64,000 bases of DNA from Octopus vulgaris (GCA_951406725.2 OX597834.1:9424001-9488000), one strand, 5' to 3'; shown: positions 50,987 to 63,570, counted from the stretch's first letter. The notes: a model not told the origin generated them from the letters alone. Translations and numbers: made by a program.

Positions 50987-51759
50987 CAATCTTTCTATGT
51001 ACCTACCAGAGCATTGTAAATGTTGCTTGCACAAAGTTAGTAATTGCTGTAGTTTAAATAAAAAGATCGTGCTCAAGTGAACTCTTCTCAATTAAAAACG
51101 ACCAGTACTTCCATAGCTGCTTACATTTTCCTACCATGTCGACGTTATTTTGTACATAGAAATCAGTATATATGAAAGGAAAAAAAATAAACATTAATAC
51201 TTAAATAAATGAATGAGATTTGATATTACTATATCTTCTAATGGGTGATGGTATTCGTTGAAAACTTAGAATATCAGATTAAATACATCATCGTGTTATC
51301 AAGATAATTCGTTTTATGAATTGAATTCCATTATTGCTGGGTATAAAGTTTTTATCATAATAGAGTGAGTTCTCCCGTTTGCTTTTTAATTGTATAATTT
51401 CGTCAGAGAACCTATGTGGTGTGTGTTAACCTTTCGTGAAGTACGTAAGTGAAGTATTTATCCTTAGATAAAATTCTAACAACAAATTAGAATCTGATAG
51501 AGACCCAGATTTTTGCGTTCAAATGGACGAAACATTGTGTCTACGTTTTACGTATTACTCGTTTCAGGTATTCGAGTGCGTCTTTGCTGGAGCATCGCCG
51601 TGCAACGTTTAGTCAAACAAATCGTCACCAGAATTTATGTTTCCATCTCGTACTTACATTCTCGGAGATACACATACATACACGCACAAAGAAACATACA
51701 CACCTAGCCCCCAAGCCGGAGTGAAATTTATGGTCGTATATATAAATATATTCTCCTCT

Positions 51760-51800
<41 letters not shown>

Positions 51801-51804
51801 TATA

Positions 51805-52140
51805 TTATAATTGAGTAGTTGAATGCATTATCTTATTATGGATAATTCGGTTAACCGATACCTGGGTAGCAAATTCACGTCAGAAAAACACGGTTGAAAC
51901 TACATGCCTAGGGCAAAGATCACGTGCTTTCGTGTGGAAATTTTAAGGAACTTATGTCAGCATCAAGATGCACAAAAACTTTTAGATGATTGCCCACACG
52001 GAGCCCATAGCGATAATGATGAGAAGGCGGCATAATGCACTCCTTATTCCTTCGAAATTAGGAATATGCAGCCTTCGAAACATATGTCGAAAATAAAATA
52101 AAGGAATTTTGTAATTCGTCGTTCAACTCCATTCTTTACA
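51805..52140 (+). mobile_element. (TA)n-flanked element, probable Penelope-like terminal repeat, with a hammerhead-like motif
   Basis: TA runs on both sides; aUGAUGA (52016-52022), stem GAAGGC.GCAUA/UAUGC.GCCUUC, GAAA (52077-52080), palindromic ACAUAUGU then C. Confidence 0.55.
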
Positions 52141-54762
52141 TATATATATATATATATATGTATGCATGCATGTATATATATATTTATATGTATATATATA
52201 TTAATGGTGTTATACGCAGGTGTTATTCAAATCTTTGTACTTCCGACATGTTTCCCATAGAATATTTGAAGAGTATGTGGTACTAATTCCGATTCTGTGT
52301 TCGTTCAAGTCCAGCTTCCCTATAATGGCAACGAACAGCCACATATTCTGTGGCCTTATATTTAATTAAAAGCTGACAATTTTTCATATATTAATCGTCC
52401 CAACCAATGCCGCATGCTGTCCTATTGGAGAAAAGGAAAATACGTTTTGCCATATGTCATTTAGATTTCATTTATAATTCTTCATTTTCAAGCAAATATA
52501 AGCCACTAGATGGCTTTTTTGTGGAGAGGAACTCTCTTTCCACTTCGACTACTTTTGAATAAATTAAATTGTTAATGCTCTTTGTCCTTTGCGAGATATA
52601 CTGCCATGAACTCATTGAACTCAAACCACGTATGAAATCTTTGTAATGTGTAGACAGAAGTTAGTAACCTAGTACACGTCTGCGTTGCCGTTGATGGTGA
52701 TGACACTCTTCTGTCATATCGTGCAAACTAGAATTTCATGGTGTCAAATTATGACTGTGTGGACTTGCGTGTGTATGTGATTTTTCATTAAGCCACTTTG
52801 AGTTTAGTTTTGATATATATATATTTTTTATTCGCTTCAAAAATCGTTTCCGTGCATTCAATATCTATTTGAAAGCTTTCTTAAGAACAGTTGTATCCCG
52901 AGCTACACTCTTTAGTTGAAATTCTGCATACAATACATTGTAAACATAATATTTTTGGGGAAAACAATAAAATAATATCTAAAAGACAGACCTTTTGTCT
53001 AGCCAGGTATTGGGATAAAATTACACCGGCTGCAAATTCCTTTCTATGCAAAATATTTTATAACAAATGAAAAAAAAATCATATTCAATTCTCAAGAGCT
53101 TCTTGGTTACAATCCAATTTTCTAGCAGCTATCTGATGACACGTACTCAAGGTAATAATGGTAATAATGATAATGATGACAATAATAATAGTTAATATTT
53201 TATGTGTGATACATTCTTTTTGAAATGATTTCTAGTTAATAATAACTTCTAATAATGGTAATAATCATAAAAATGAAAATACGCTGCAGAATTAAGCCTG
53301 GCAGGAATTTTCTCATCACGTTTATCTTAATAATCCTGTAGAATGGATTAATGAATTATATTTCTACAGCTTCCTGTTAGTTGCAATGACACCTTGGCAT
53401 TTCTGTTAACGGTGGAAAAGCTTAGGTTTTTGAATTTGATACACGCATATATATAATTTGATAGATGTATGTTAGTTTCGACGCGAAATACTCCAATTGA
53501 TCACATGGCTGAACTAATTACTCGTTGAAAAACCTTGCAAAATAAAAAAAAAATTAAAAATTAAATTCTCGAAGAAAGTGAAAGTGATTGTGGTGTTTGA
53601 ATGAGAGGGAAACTCAGTAGTTTAGTTTACTGCGTTTCACACAGAAAACCTCGATCGGCATTATATATTGCTAAAGGACACTTAATGTTAATAGCATCAA
53701 GTGGGCTCAAAGTAAAAGGAGTTTTCTTCTTGTAGGGAGGGATTACATACACACTCATACAAATTATAACCCTTTCTTTTAAAGATTCACATAGGGAAAC
53801 GCGCACGCGCGTGCAAAAACGTGCCAATATTGTAAAGCCACTTGCAAATGTCAAAGAACTTCTCTCGATTTCTCCATGGCAATACGCCAAATGGCAGGAG
53901 AGAGCACAAAGGTCCAGAGAAGGCTAAACGCATTATATATGTACGTGGATATGTGTATGTGTATGTGTGTGTATGCGTTTACAATTCACAGTCTCATGTA
54001 CTTAATCATATGCATACACACTCACACATATGTAATTATATACGCGCATGTGTATCAAGGTTTACATACATGCTTGTGTGTGTGTATAAAATGACAGAGA
54101 TTTAATCTAAAAAACGTAGTTTTTATGCGTTATTGCAGTCTGACTGATATTCAATATACCTTTGAACCCAAATATATGATCATTCATATGCAGGGTATGT
54201 TTGGAAGGTGGGGTAATTTTAGGGGTTAAGCATATATCTCTCCTAACAAACTAATACCAGCACACAATATTTTAAAAGTGCATATATTATCACTCAATAG
54301 ATCAGTTGAAACAAAATATGAATTAATATATATTTGCTCGTGAACGAGTTTACCTAAATATGTATACGTGTATGGTTGTGTGTGCAAAGCTTATAATTTT
54401 CTTGCAGATATTATGGCTATACTAGGGTTCCACTATTTTTATGGGTGTTTTATTTTATTATATATGCACGGCTCTCCATCCGTGTTTAATTGTAGTTAAG
54501 CAAGAATTTCAACAACGCCTCCTTCATTGAGTTCCGTTTATTGACGTGGCTTAATCTGATATCTCAACTAAAAATTTGTCTAAGTGCTTGTAGAAGACAA
54601 CACCATATCCAATCCTCCTTCTTCTCCAAAATTTTTGAACAGGTATTGAAAAGTAGTGGGCCATATCACAGTGAGCTCTTAGAGTATCTAGTCCTTACAC
54701 CAAAAGAATTAGCGCAACCATGCAGTGATTTAAGCAGTAAAATTGCCAGCTACTTACTCGTA

Positions 54763-54838
<76 letters not shown>

Positions 54839-54849
54839 TTTCTTATTAT

Positions 54850-55255
54850 TCTTTTACTCGTTTCTGTCGTTTGGCATCCGACATGCTGGAGCACCACTTT
54901 GAGAAGTTTTAGTCGAACAAATCGACCCCAGAACTTACTTGTAAATCCTAGTACTTATTCCATCATTTACTGAACCCCTAAGTTACGGGGACTTCAACAC
55001 ACCCACACCGGTTATCAAGCGATAATGTGGGCACAAACAGATACTGAGAGACACGCACAAATACTTAGATATATAAAAATAATATATACGATAAACTTAT
55101 TTCAGTTTCCGTCTACTAAATCTACTTACAAGCATTTGATTGGCTCGAGGCTACAGTAAAAAAAAAGACACTTGCCTAAGTTGCCCCGCAGTGGGACTGA
55201 ACCTGTAGTTATGTAGTTAGGAAGCAAGCTTCCTAACCACAGAACCACGACTGTG
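54850..55255 (-). mobile_element. Diverged family-A SINE
   Basis: CATGCTGGAGCACCAC...TTCAGTTTCCGTCTAC...GCAGTGGGACTGAACC...TAACCACAG. Confidence 0.85.
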
Positions 55256-56094
55256 TTTGATACACACACACACATACGAACCACTTTTCCACTTTCTTCT
55301 TTAATTCTCCCTTTTCTTCATCCGTTGCCTTGGCGTAACAGCATTAAACTGCTTCGAGAGCCCCTCTTAGAGAGGCCTTTAATAGGGATCAGTAATCCAT
55401 GATATCTGTCAAACAAATTGTTCCCAATTGGATCATCATATTTGTTTTCCTTGTTTTGATTGAATGCAGAAACCAATTAGTCACTCGCCTGTACATTTTT
55501 GCCATGTTAGTAATACGATTCCGAAATGAGGAACCATTATTCATGAGGATTCTTCACTCGGGGACGAATCTAATGCATATTATTTGCATTATTTACATAA
55601 ATTCTTTAGGTTTCCTATCATTGTCTAGTATAGAGAAAATTTCCGGCAAATTTTGTTTCAGTCAGCTTTATAGAAGATCTGGCTGGATAGGTTTCGTGTG
55701 ATTCCTGTGTGATATCTTTTATTTTCTACGGATGATAAATTGTTAGTTCTACTATGGTATGTATTATTTACATAATGGATGCGGAGCATGTTATTAGTGA
55801 AGCATAGATCCAACATGTTATTGCTACTGGTCGAGCACAGTATTATTCGTTACATAAACATGGTTTTAGAGAGATGAAATGAAGTCTCTACGTGACAATC
55901 TTCACGGCGTAACAGTCCTGAAATTATGTCACCTTTGAATAATTTGATGTTAGGGAAATCGAAGTCGCCAAACAGAAACACACTGATACGTGGAACTTGT
56001 TTCGCACGTAATCTTTTATTATTATTATTATTATTATTATTCTAAATACATTATCGGGAATAAATGTGTCAGGTGAACGATATGATATGCATAT

Positions 56095-56288
56095 TGATTT
56101 GAAACTTCTGCACAAAACCAGGAAATTCCGGGGTGGAGTTAAGTCGAATACATCGATCCCAGTGCTCAACCGGCATTTATTTCATCGGCCCCGAAAGGAT
56201 GAAATGCAATGTCGACCTTGGCGGAATTAAAAACTCACGACGTAAAGAGGGGCGAAATACTAAGCGATTCTGCCAGGTCACCGCCTTT
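56095..56288 (-). mobile_element. Diverged family-B SINE
   Basis: GGCCCCGAAAGGATGAAA...GTCGACCTTGGCGGAATT...GATTCTGCCAGGTCACCGCC. Confidence 0.8.
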
Positions 56289-56979
56289 ATAAGATGTACA
56301 TACTACGGCATTGATTAATTTTCTCTGAGCAAATGGCGTGTCCCCGGCCGACTTTCATTATGAGAACACGGTCAAGAGTCCGCCATTTTTAGGGGTTTTA
56401 CCATATTTTCCGACTGTACGAAGCATGACACGCTTTTGCTATGTTCATCTCCACGTGCTCTATGTCTGCAGATTGCTACGCTTCGTTAAGCTTTATGCAT
56501 ATTGCTTCATATCACAAGGATAAATCACTTAGACATGAAGTCCTACCTTTGCTGCTGAGCTGTAACTCTTTTCTTATGTACAGTAGTGAAATTGGGGTAA
56601 TGCTCGGTGAGGTGTCAGTGATGGCCATCCTGTATGAATCATCTAAATGGGTATTCTGAAAGAGTATTTATGGCTTCATTTCAGTATTTTTTTTTGTTAT
56701 CATATAAGATAATGCGTTATATATTTTGTGTCACACTTCAAATACGTGTGTAGCACGATCGCTGTAGGTCGCAGTGCATCTGCATATTGCATTTGGGTGA
56801 AAACTGATCATACAGGGCAGATCCTCTTTTCAGTTGAGTACTCCCGCTTTCCTACTGCTATTCTGTGAGTTACGGATTTCTTCGGGAGAATATTACTTGG
56901 GGAAATATTTGCTGCCTTGAACGAAAGTTTGACCACGCTTAGAAAGGGCAGAGCAGTAGATTGTCTCCATTTCTGTATG

Positions 56980-57018
<39 letters not shown>

Positions 57019-57023
57019 GGCAT

Positions 57024-57255
57024 AAGGCGGTGAGCTGGTAGAAACGTTAGCACGCCGGGCGAAATGCTTAGTGGTGTTTCGTCTGTCTTTACGTTCTGAG
57101 TTCAAATTCCGCCGAGGTCGACTTTGTCTTTCATCTTCTCGGGTTCGATAAATTAAGTACCAGTTACACACTGGAGTCGATGTAATCGATTGAATCCCTT
57201 TATCTGTCCTTGTTTGTCTCCTCTATGTATAGCCCCTTGTGGGCAATAAAGAAAT
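57024..57255 (+). mobile_element. Family-B SINE, full length, inserted at a (GA)n run
   Basis: AGGCGGTGAGCTGGTAGAAACGTTAGCACGCCGGGC...GGGCAATAAAGAAAT; (GA)n on both sides. Confidence 0.93.
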
Positions 57256-58665
57256 GAGAGAGAGAGAGAGAGAGCATGTACAAGGAGCCTAAAATTAGTT
57301 TTCGTTTCGTTCTTTGTATTAGTTAGCTGTCTTCGTTTTTGACTTCAATAAATTAATTCCTATGTGTAGTTTTATTGTATCATATTACTTATGTTAACTA
57401 GGTCATTTAATTCTTCATATTGCTTTATTTTCAATTTATTGTACCATTACAATGCGGTTAAATGAACAAACTTTATAAGAGTTTACTTTCCATAGATACA
57501 TACTGTGCTGTAAGGAGATATTCCAAGCGAACTTTGAGACAATTTATGTATACATAACATTTGACGTCGCCAAACTTTTAAAGCCAGCTCTCACGGGAGG
57601 GAAAATATTAATAAGTATTATTCACGGAGAAAACAATACAGAATAATGATATTGAATTGAATAAATAAATAAATATGAAACAGTGATGGAGAGAGAAAAC
57701 AAAGGATTGAATCTTGAAGTGACTAAATGCACACATGTCAAAAGTTTAAACATCAGCAAAATAATAGACACAAACCATCAAAATTTGGAATATGGATTCC
57801 AACACACAAATGAATATTCGTTAAATGTAGATAAACATTTGTTAAAAGTAGAAATTAATGATATATATTTAATTCTGAATTTCACCTGAAAGTCCTGATG
57901 ATCTTCAGGTAAGTTCTCCTGAGGATCCGTACACGTACAGGAACAGCAAGAGACTGACTCGAGCGAAATAATAGTAATAATAATAGTAATAATAATGATA
58001 ATAATAATAATATATATATATATATATATATTCATTCATAAGAGTACAAGCAACCCGAACGACAATAAATGGAAGATTAAATGTATTACGGTGTACCGGC
58101 ATGAAAACTTTACTTATCTAGACAAAAAACCACAAACTAAGTAGAATATAGAATGTAATTCAGACAACCAGCGTAAAAAAAATTTCAAGGTATGCGTGAC
58201 ATTTCCAAACATCATGACACACACTATTTCAGTCCTTTCTCATCGGTTGAGCATAGATTTGGAAAAAGCCATTAATAATGCATAATGATACATTGCAAAA
58301 ACGTGAAATCTTTTAGAAATAATTTGGTTGGCAGAGATGCAATGTGCAATAGATTTCCGTAAAAAACGGTAACTATAGAAAATTTGATAACTAAAAATAC
58401 AAGCAGAGATTAAACACAGAGTAATATAACACCTAAACTATATATCAGGATATCATGAAATATAATAGGATTCACGAATATAGTATTTTAAATATAACGT
58501 TCATGCTTTCATCAATTATAAGATTATTCTGAATAATCCTGGCTTAAAATCACGAACCACACAGCATTGACAATAGATTTAGGTGAAAATTTAATTGTAA
58601 TGGTTCGGAGATAAACATAATGTAATTACGTTTTTGTGAAAATATGAGAAAATATAAGGAAAGCA

Positions 58666-58742
58666 GAGCTCATTTTTCCACACCACGTGGACATATGAAA
58701 CAAAATGTATCGTATGTCTATGAGGTGTGGAAAAATGATCTT
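58666..58742 (+). ncRNA. Pre-miRNA-like hairpin (candidate only)
   Basis: GAGCUCAUUUUUCCACACCACGUGGACAUAUGA / 11-nt loop / UCGUAUGUCUAUGAGGUGUGGAAAAAUGAUCUU: 33-position stem with 2 mismatches and 4 G-U pairs. Confidence 0.35.
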
Positions 58743-58944
58743 CAAAAATTACTGATGGACAAGTGATTATTTAAAAACTGAGATGAGATTGCATTATAGT
58801 AAAGAAGACATACAAGGGGAGAAGTTACAAAATTCTAACGTTCGGTACAAAAGGACAAGAAGACAGCATTGTGTCAACGGATAAGTTGACACAAGGATTA
58901 TCGTAACACATATACCTATACACACACACACACACACACTAAAT

Positions 58945-59435
58945 AAAGAAAATGCGATCACTAATCACTGTTGCCTGTAATTTTTCTCGTTCGGCTTAAC
59001 AGCCCTTCTTGTCTGAGTTACTGTTATTATCCTTGTCCTGTATTTTACTGTTTATATTTTGTACTGTCGTTACTGCCTTGTTTTTGTTACCATTTTTACC
59101 CTTCCGCAAAAAAATCTCAAATTTTATTTAATTTGCTTTTCGCGGGAAGGAATATTTCATTAAAGTCGTGTCTCGCCTTGACATTCCAAACGCGGAGTAT
59201 ATGAAACAAAGGCGACTGAAGAAGGGGAATTTTCCTTGTTTTGTATGTCCTGTACTCTATTTTTTCGTTGTTTAAGAAAAATGTCCATTTCCTTGGTGTT
59301 TATGTTTTCGTTTCTCATTGTGTTCGACGTTTTTTTGGTGTCCTGTACCCATATATGCATGTATATATACATGTAGAGGTAGGTACGTACATATATTGAT
59401 GTATATATGCATATGTTTTATTTTATTTATTAATT
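58945..59435 (+). mobile_element. Longer copy of (TA)n-terminating repeat family P1
   Basis: 3' ~240 bp match 9205-9470; preceded by (CA)n and followed by (TA)n; 5' limit inferred. Confidence 0.7.
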
Positions 59436-59462
59436 TTATATATATATATGTATGTGTGTGTG

Positions 59463-59580
59463 TTATCAGGAGGGCGATTGGGATCACGTGGACGAGGAAG
59501 GCACGATCTAGAGAGGAGTGGACAGCGTGCAGTGACATCGGTGTCAAATGCACGCCCGATGGACTGGTCGGTCAATGTGA
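59463..59580 (+). mobile_element. Short 3' end of an RTE-like LINE
   Basis: GC-rich island in microsatellite translating IRRAIGITWTRKARSREEWTAC, like the RTE terminal WxRxAxxRxxW motif. Confidence 0.5.
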
Positions 59581-60344
59581 TATATATATATATGTGTGTG
59601 TGTGTTAATCGTCTCAGTGATCGGGTTGCATCCTAGCTGAAGTATATCCTACCGAGTATTATGCCATCCTATGTCTACTTGTCGAGCTACGTTAAGACAC
59701 TTAAATAAGATACAACATAAACTACACTGGACACTGACTGTAAATGCAAACATCATCGACTCAGCCATTAATATATGTATAGAAACGCGTGTGTGTGAGC
59801 GCTTGCATAAATACATTTATATTTGTGTGAGAGCAAGGTGCGTGTGTTTTGCAGAATTAAAGCACGGGAATGAATATAAAAAAAACATCTTCATAGAATA
59901 CATTAAAACAAATCGATTCAGAAGTCCTGAAGCATAGTCTATAGATTTCTGGTACCATATTAAGGCATGGCAATGGTTAGTAGTAAATATTCCATGGATA
60001 TTGAAATTATTCAATACTCCTAGTAAACCAATAGTAATTATTCAACTTCATTCAGCTAAAACAGTATGTTTGATGTTTAAGATCAAAACAATACCTGTAG
60101 TAGAAGTATTTTGTGTGTTTCATATCAATGCTTCTTGATTTCCGCATGTTAGGGCAGCTCTTCCTTCTCAGATTCCCCCAAAATATCTGATGATATGTAG
60201 CTATTATTCACATACATAGCTACTGTAAACTTTTAATCCTGTGTATTATATTTTTTTCTTATATGTAAAAAATATACGTTTATATAAATGCATGCAAGCA
60301 CTCATATGAATATATACAAGCGCATAAAGAAATATGTATATATA

Positions 60345-60590
60345 TATGTGTGTAAATACGTATGTATGTATGTATGTATCTGTGTATATTTACAAATATG
60401 TGTGTGAATATATATGTATTTGTGTATATATACAAATATGTGTTTGAATAGGTATGTATCTGCATATATTTACAAATATGCGTGTGAATATGTATCTGTG
60501 TATATTTACAAACGTGTGTGTGAATATGTATGCATCTGTGTATATTTACAAATATGTGTGTGAATATGTATGTATCTGTGTATATTTATA
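60345..60590. repeat. Minisatellite, about 6 x 36-40 bp (TATGTATCTGTGTATATTTACAAATATGTGTGTGAA)
   Basis: Directly visible repeated unit. Confidence 0.85.
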
Positions 60591-60744
60591 CACACACGAA
60601 CACACACATATAAATGTGTGTGTGCCTATGTATATATATTTATACAGATCTATGCAGTTACAGACACCTAGGGTTAGATACATAGAGAGAAAATCAAGGA
60701 TAGATGCATGTATAGATTGATCGTTCTTTATATAAATATACAAT

Positions 60745-61115
60745 TGTATGAAGCTGTATGAAACTTATCTCCAGAAAACCGAAGCATAATATAATGCGTA
60801 AACTACGTGTAGCTACGGTGATAAGCAAATTTAAAGAACGTTACTTCAATCATAGTACTTTCCGACACAGTAAAATAGAAAAGAAAACAGCTTTATTCAA
60901 TTAGATATGGAATTTGAAAGACCAGCCTAGAGATTTCCATAGCAATTTGAAAACACTTGTGCGATGCAGACCAAAAAGAAATAAGTAAAGTATACAACTG
61001 ATGCAAAAATTTGAAGTGCGTCGTACCAAAACATAAAATAAAAGATGAGTTTTATCTAAATAGATCACAAATATTTGGTAAATGCCGACACTTTGATAAA
61101 TTCTTTCTAAAGTAC
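60745..61115 (+). mobile_element. Penelope-like element GIY-YIG endonuclease relic
   Basis: Translations KFKERYFNHSTFRHSKIEKKTALFN*IWNLKD (from ~60827) and YLNRSQIFGKCRHFDKFFLK (~61053-61112) match the PLE pattern FKxRYxNH..F....TxLSxYIWxLK ... LNxRSE..xKCRH; stops and frameshifts present. Confidence 0.75.
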
Positions 61116-61347
61116 ATGGAGATCACATTACGACCCTATTAAATGGACTTCCCACTTAACTATCACATACCTTTATGCTATAACCTATTTCCAAGTGTCA
61201 GGGGACAGTAATATAAAGCAATATCTCTCATTGCTCCCACCTTTAGTTTTATCCATTAAATAACCTTTCAAACTCCAGGAACAGCATTTCTGTTCTATAT
61301 ATTTTTAAATTACTATACCAAGTTTAATTTGTTTCTGTATCTTACAC

Positions 61348-61768
61348 TTTACTCTTTTACTCGTTTCCTTGTTTCAGTCATTTGACCGTGGCCATGCTGG
61401 AGCACCGCCTTTAGTCGAGCAACTCGACCCCGGGACTTATTCTTTTTGTAAGCCCAGTACTTATTCTATCGGTCTCTTTTGCCGAACCGCTAAGTTACGG
61501 GGACGTAAACACACCAGCATCGGTTGTCAAGCAATGCTAGGGGGACAAACACAGACACACAAACACATACATACACACATATATATATGTATATATACAT
61601 ATATACGACAGGCTTCTTTCAGTTTCCGTCTACAAAATCCACTCACAAGGCATTGGTCGGCCCGGGGCGATAGCAGAAGACACTTGCCCAAGATGCCACT
61701 CAGTGGGACTGAACCTGGAACCATGTGGTTGGTTAACAAGCTACTTACCACATAGCCACTCCTGCGCC
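61348..61768 (-). mobile_element. Family-A SINE, full length, little diverged
   Basis: Reverse complement of the 44845 copy; ends CCACATAGCCACTCCTGCGCC. Confidence 0.93.
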
Positions 61769-62124
61769 ATCTTCTGCTTGATATTTAAAAAAAAATCTCT
61801 GCTTTCCTTATAGTTTGTCATACTTTCTTACAACATATATTCATCTAAGTACGAGAAACTGATAGTTCATAGTATTTTAATGTAGTAATGTAGAATCACG
61901 GCAATATTTTAAGCTTAGAATGAATTAAGTGTATGTTCTACTTGAAATACTCATTGTTATTTTTACTGTAAGTCAAATGAATGAAATTGTTTATTGTCTG
62001 AATGTTTACGCTGATTTTCATCTACGCAGAAACTTGAAGTAACTATGTTTTATCTCTAACGGACTGTATCATATTATTCATTCATTCTATTTTCTACATG
62101 TAAAGTCTTTTTGTTTATTATGTA

Positions 62125-62498
62125 TTTGTGGTACGAAGTTTGCCTCCTAACCACGTGTTATCAGGGTTCTGTCCCACTGCATAAAACCTTGTACAAGTAT
62201 TTTCTACTATAGGCCCTGAGCTGAGTGTGGATTTGGTAAATGGAAAGTGAAAGAACGCTGTTACCCCTTTCTTTCTACCTCTCTCTCGTATATATATATA
62301 TATGATAGATCGTTAGCTACTACACACATTTTGTTCTCTCCTTTTTTTTTCTCTCCTTGTTTTTTTCTGGGTCCCTTTCTGTAGAAGAGCGTAGGCTCGA
62401 AACGTAAAATACTTTTTCTATTCCTGAGCGCTATACTAATACATGTTTGCTTGTACACCACCTGCCTTCGTCTTTTGTTTATTTTCGTAAACTTTCCC

Positions 62499-62555
<57 letters not shown>

Positions 62556-62815
62556 TGTGTTTGTCTGTGTGTGTGTTTGTTCTATGCGTATGTCTTTGTG
62601 TTGCTGACAGTTCCGCATCAGAGCTTGACAACTGTTGTGGGTTTCTTTACGTCCTCGTAACTTTGCGATTCAGCAACAGCCCGATAGAATAATACGAGGT
62701 TTAAAAAATTGTGCCAGGGTCAATCTGTTCAACTAAGAAGACATAAAAAACCCTTCACGTCGATGCCCCAGCATAGCCGCAATCCAATGACTGGAAGAAG
62801 TAACAAATGAAAGAA
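62125..62815 (+). mobile_element. Old family-A SINE split at its internal microsatellite by a nested insertion
   Basis: 5' half ~62125-62262 (GGGTTCTGTCCCACTGC...GGATTTGGTAAATGGAAAGTGAAAGAA); 3' half ~62555-62815 (GCTTGACAAC...CCGATAGAATAA...CAGCATAGCCGCAATCCAATGACTG). Confidence 0.75.
62305..62500 (+). mobile_element. Penelope-like terminal repeat fragment (family P2) with hammerhead-like motif, between TA runs
   Basis: CTTTCTGTAGAAGAGCGTAGGCTCGAAACGTAAAA at 62375-62409; matches 43536-43660. Confidence 0.7.
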
Positions 62816-62892
62816 CGCATAAACATACCCATACGCACCAACATATTTATATGCATAACTACGTTTGCGTATACACACATACACACACACAC

Positions 62893-62894
<2 letters not shown>

Positions 62895-62968
<74 letters not shown>

Positions 62969-63290
62969 GTCTGTCTGTGTATCTATCTATATATCTGTCT
63001 GTCTGTGTATCTATCTATATATCTGTCTCTCTGTGTATCTATCTATCTATCTATCTATGTATCTATCTATCTTTGTATCTATGTATGTATATATATATAT
63101 ATGTATGATACATACAGATAGATACTTATATACACATACATTAAACTGTATAGCACGTATATATACGATATATATACGCGTGTTTGTGTGTATAAAATGA
63201 CCTATATGAACAAAAAGAGAATATATACAACGCACACAGCATATAAATAGACATTTCACATACACTCATAGATAACAAACGTAAGTACAG

Positions 63291-63323
<33 letters not shown>

Positions 63324-63534
63324 ATGTGTGTGTATGTATATGTGTGTGTATGTATATATGTGTGTATATGTGTGTGTGTATATATGTATGTATGTATGTA
63401 TATATGTATGTATGTATGTATATATGTATATGCATGTATGTATGTATATATGTATATGCATGTTTATATGTATGTATATATATATATAAATGTGTATGTA
63501 CGTACGTATATACATGTGTGTGTATGTATGTATG

Positions 63535-63570
<36 letters not shown>
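62895..63570. repeat. (TCTA)n and (TA/TG/TATG)n composite microsatellites
   Basis: Directly visible. Confidence 0.9.

Noticed and set aside
55399-55701. 100-aa hydrophobic ORF
   Set aside because: No recognisable domain or splice signals; consistent with a chance ORF in AT-rich DNA
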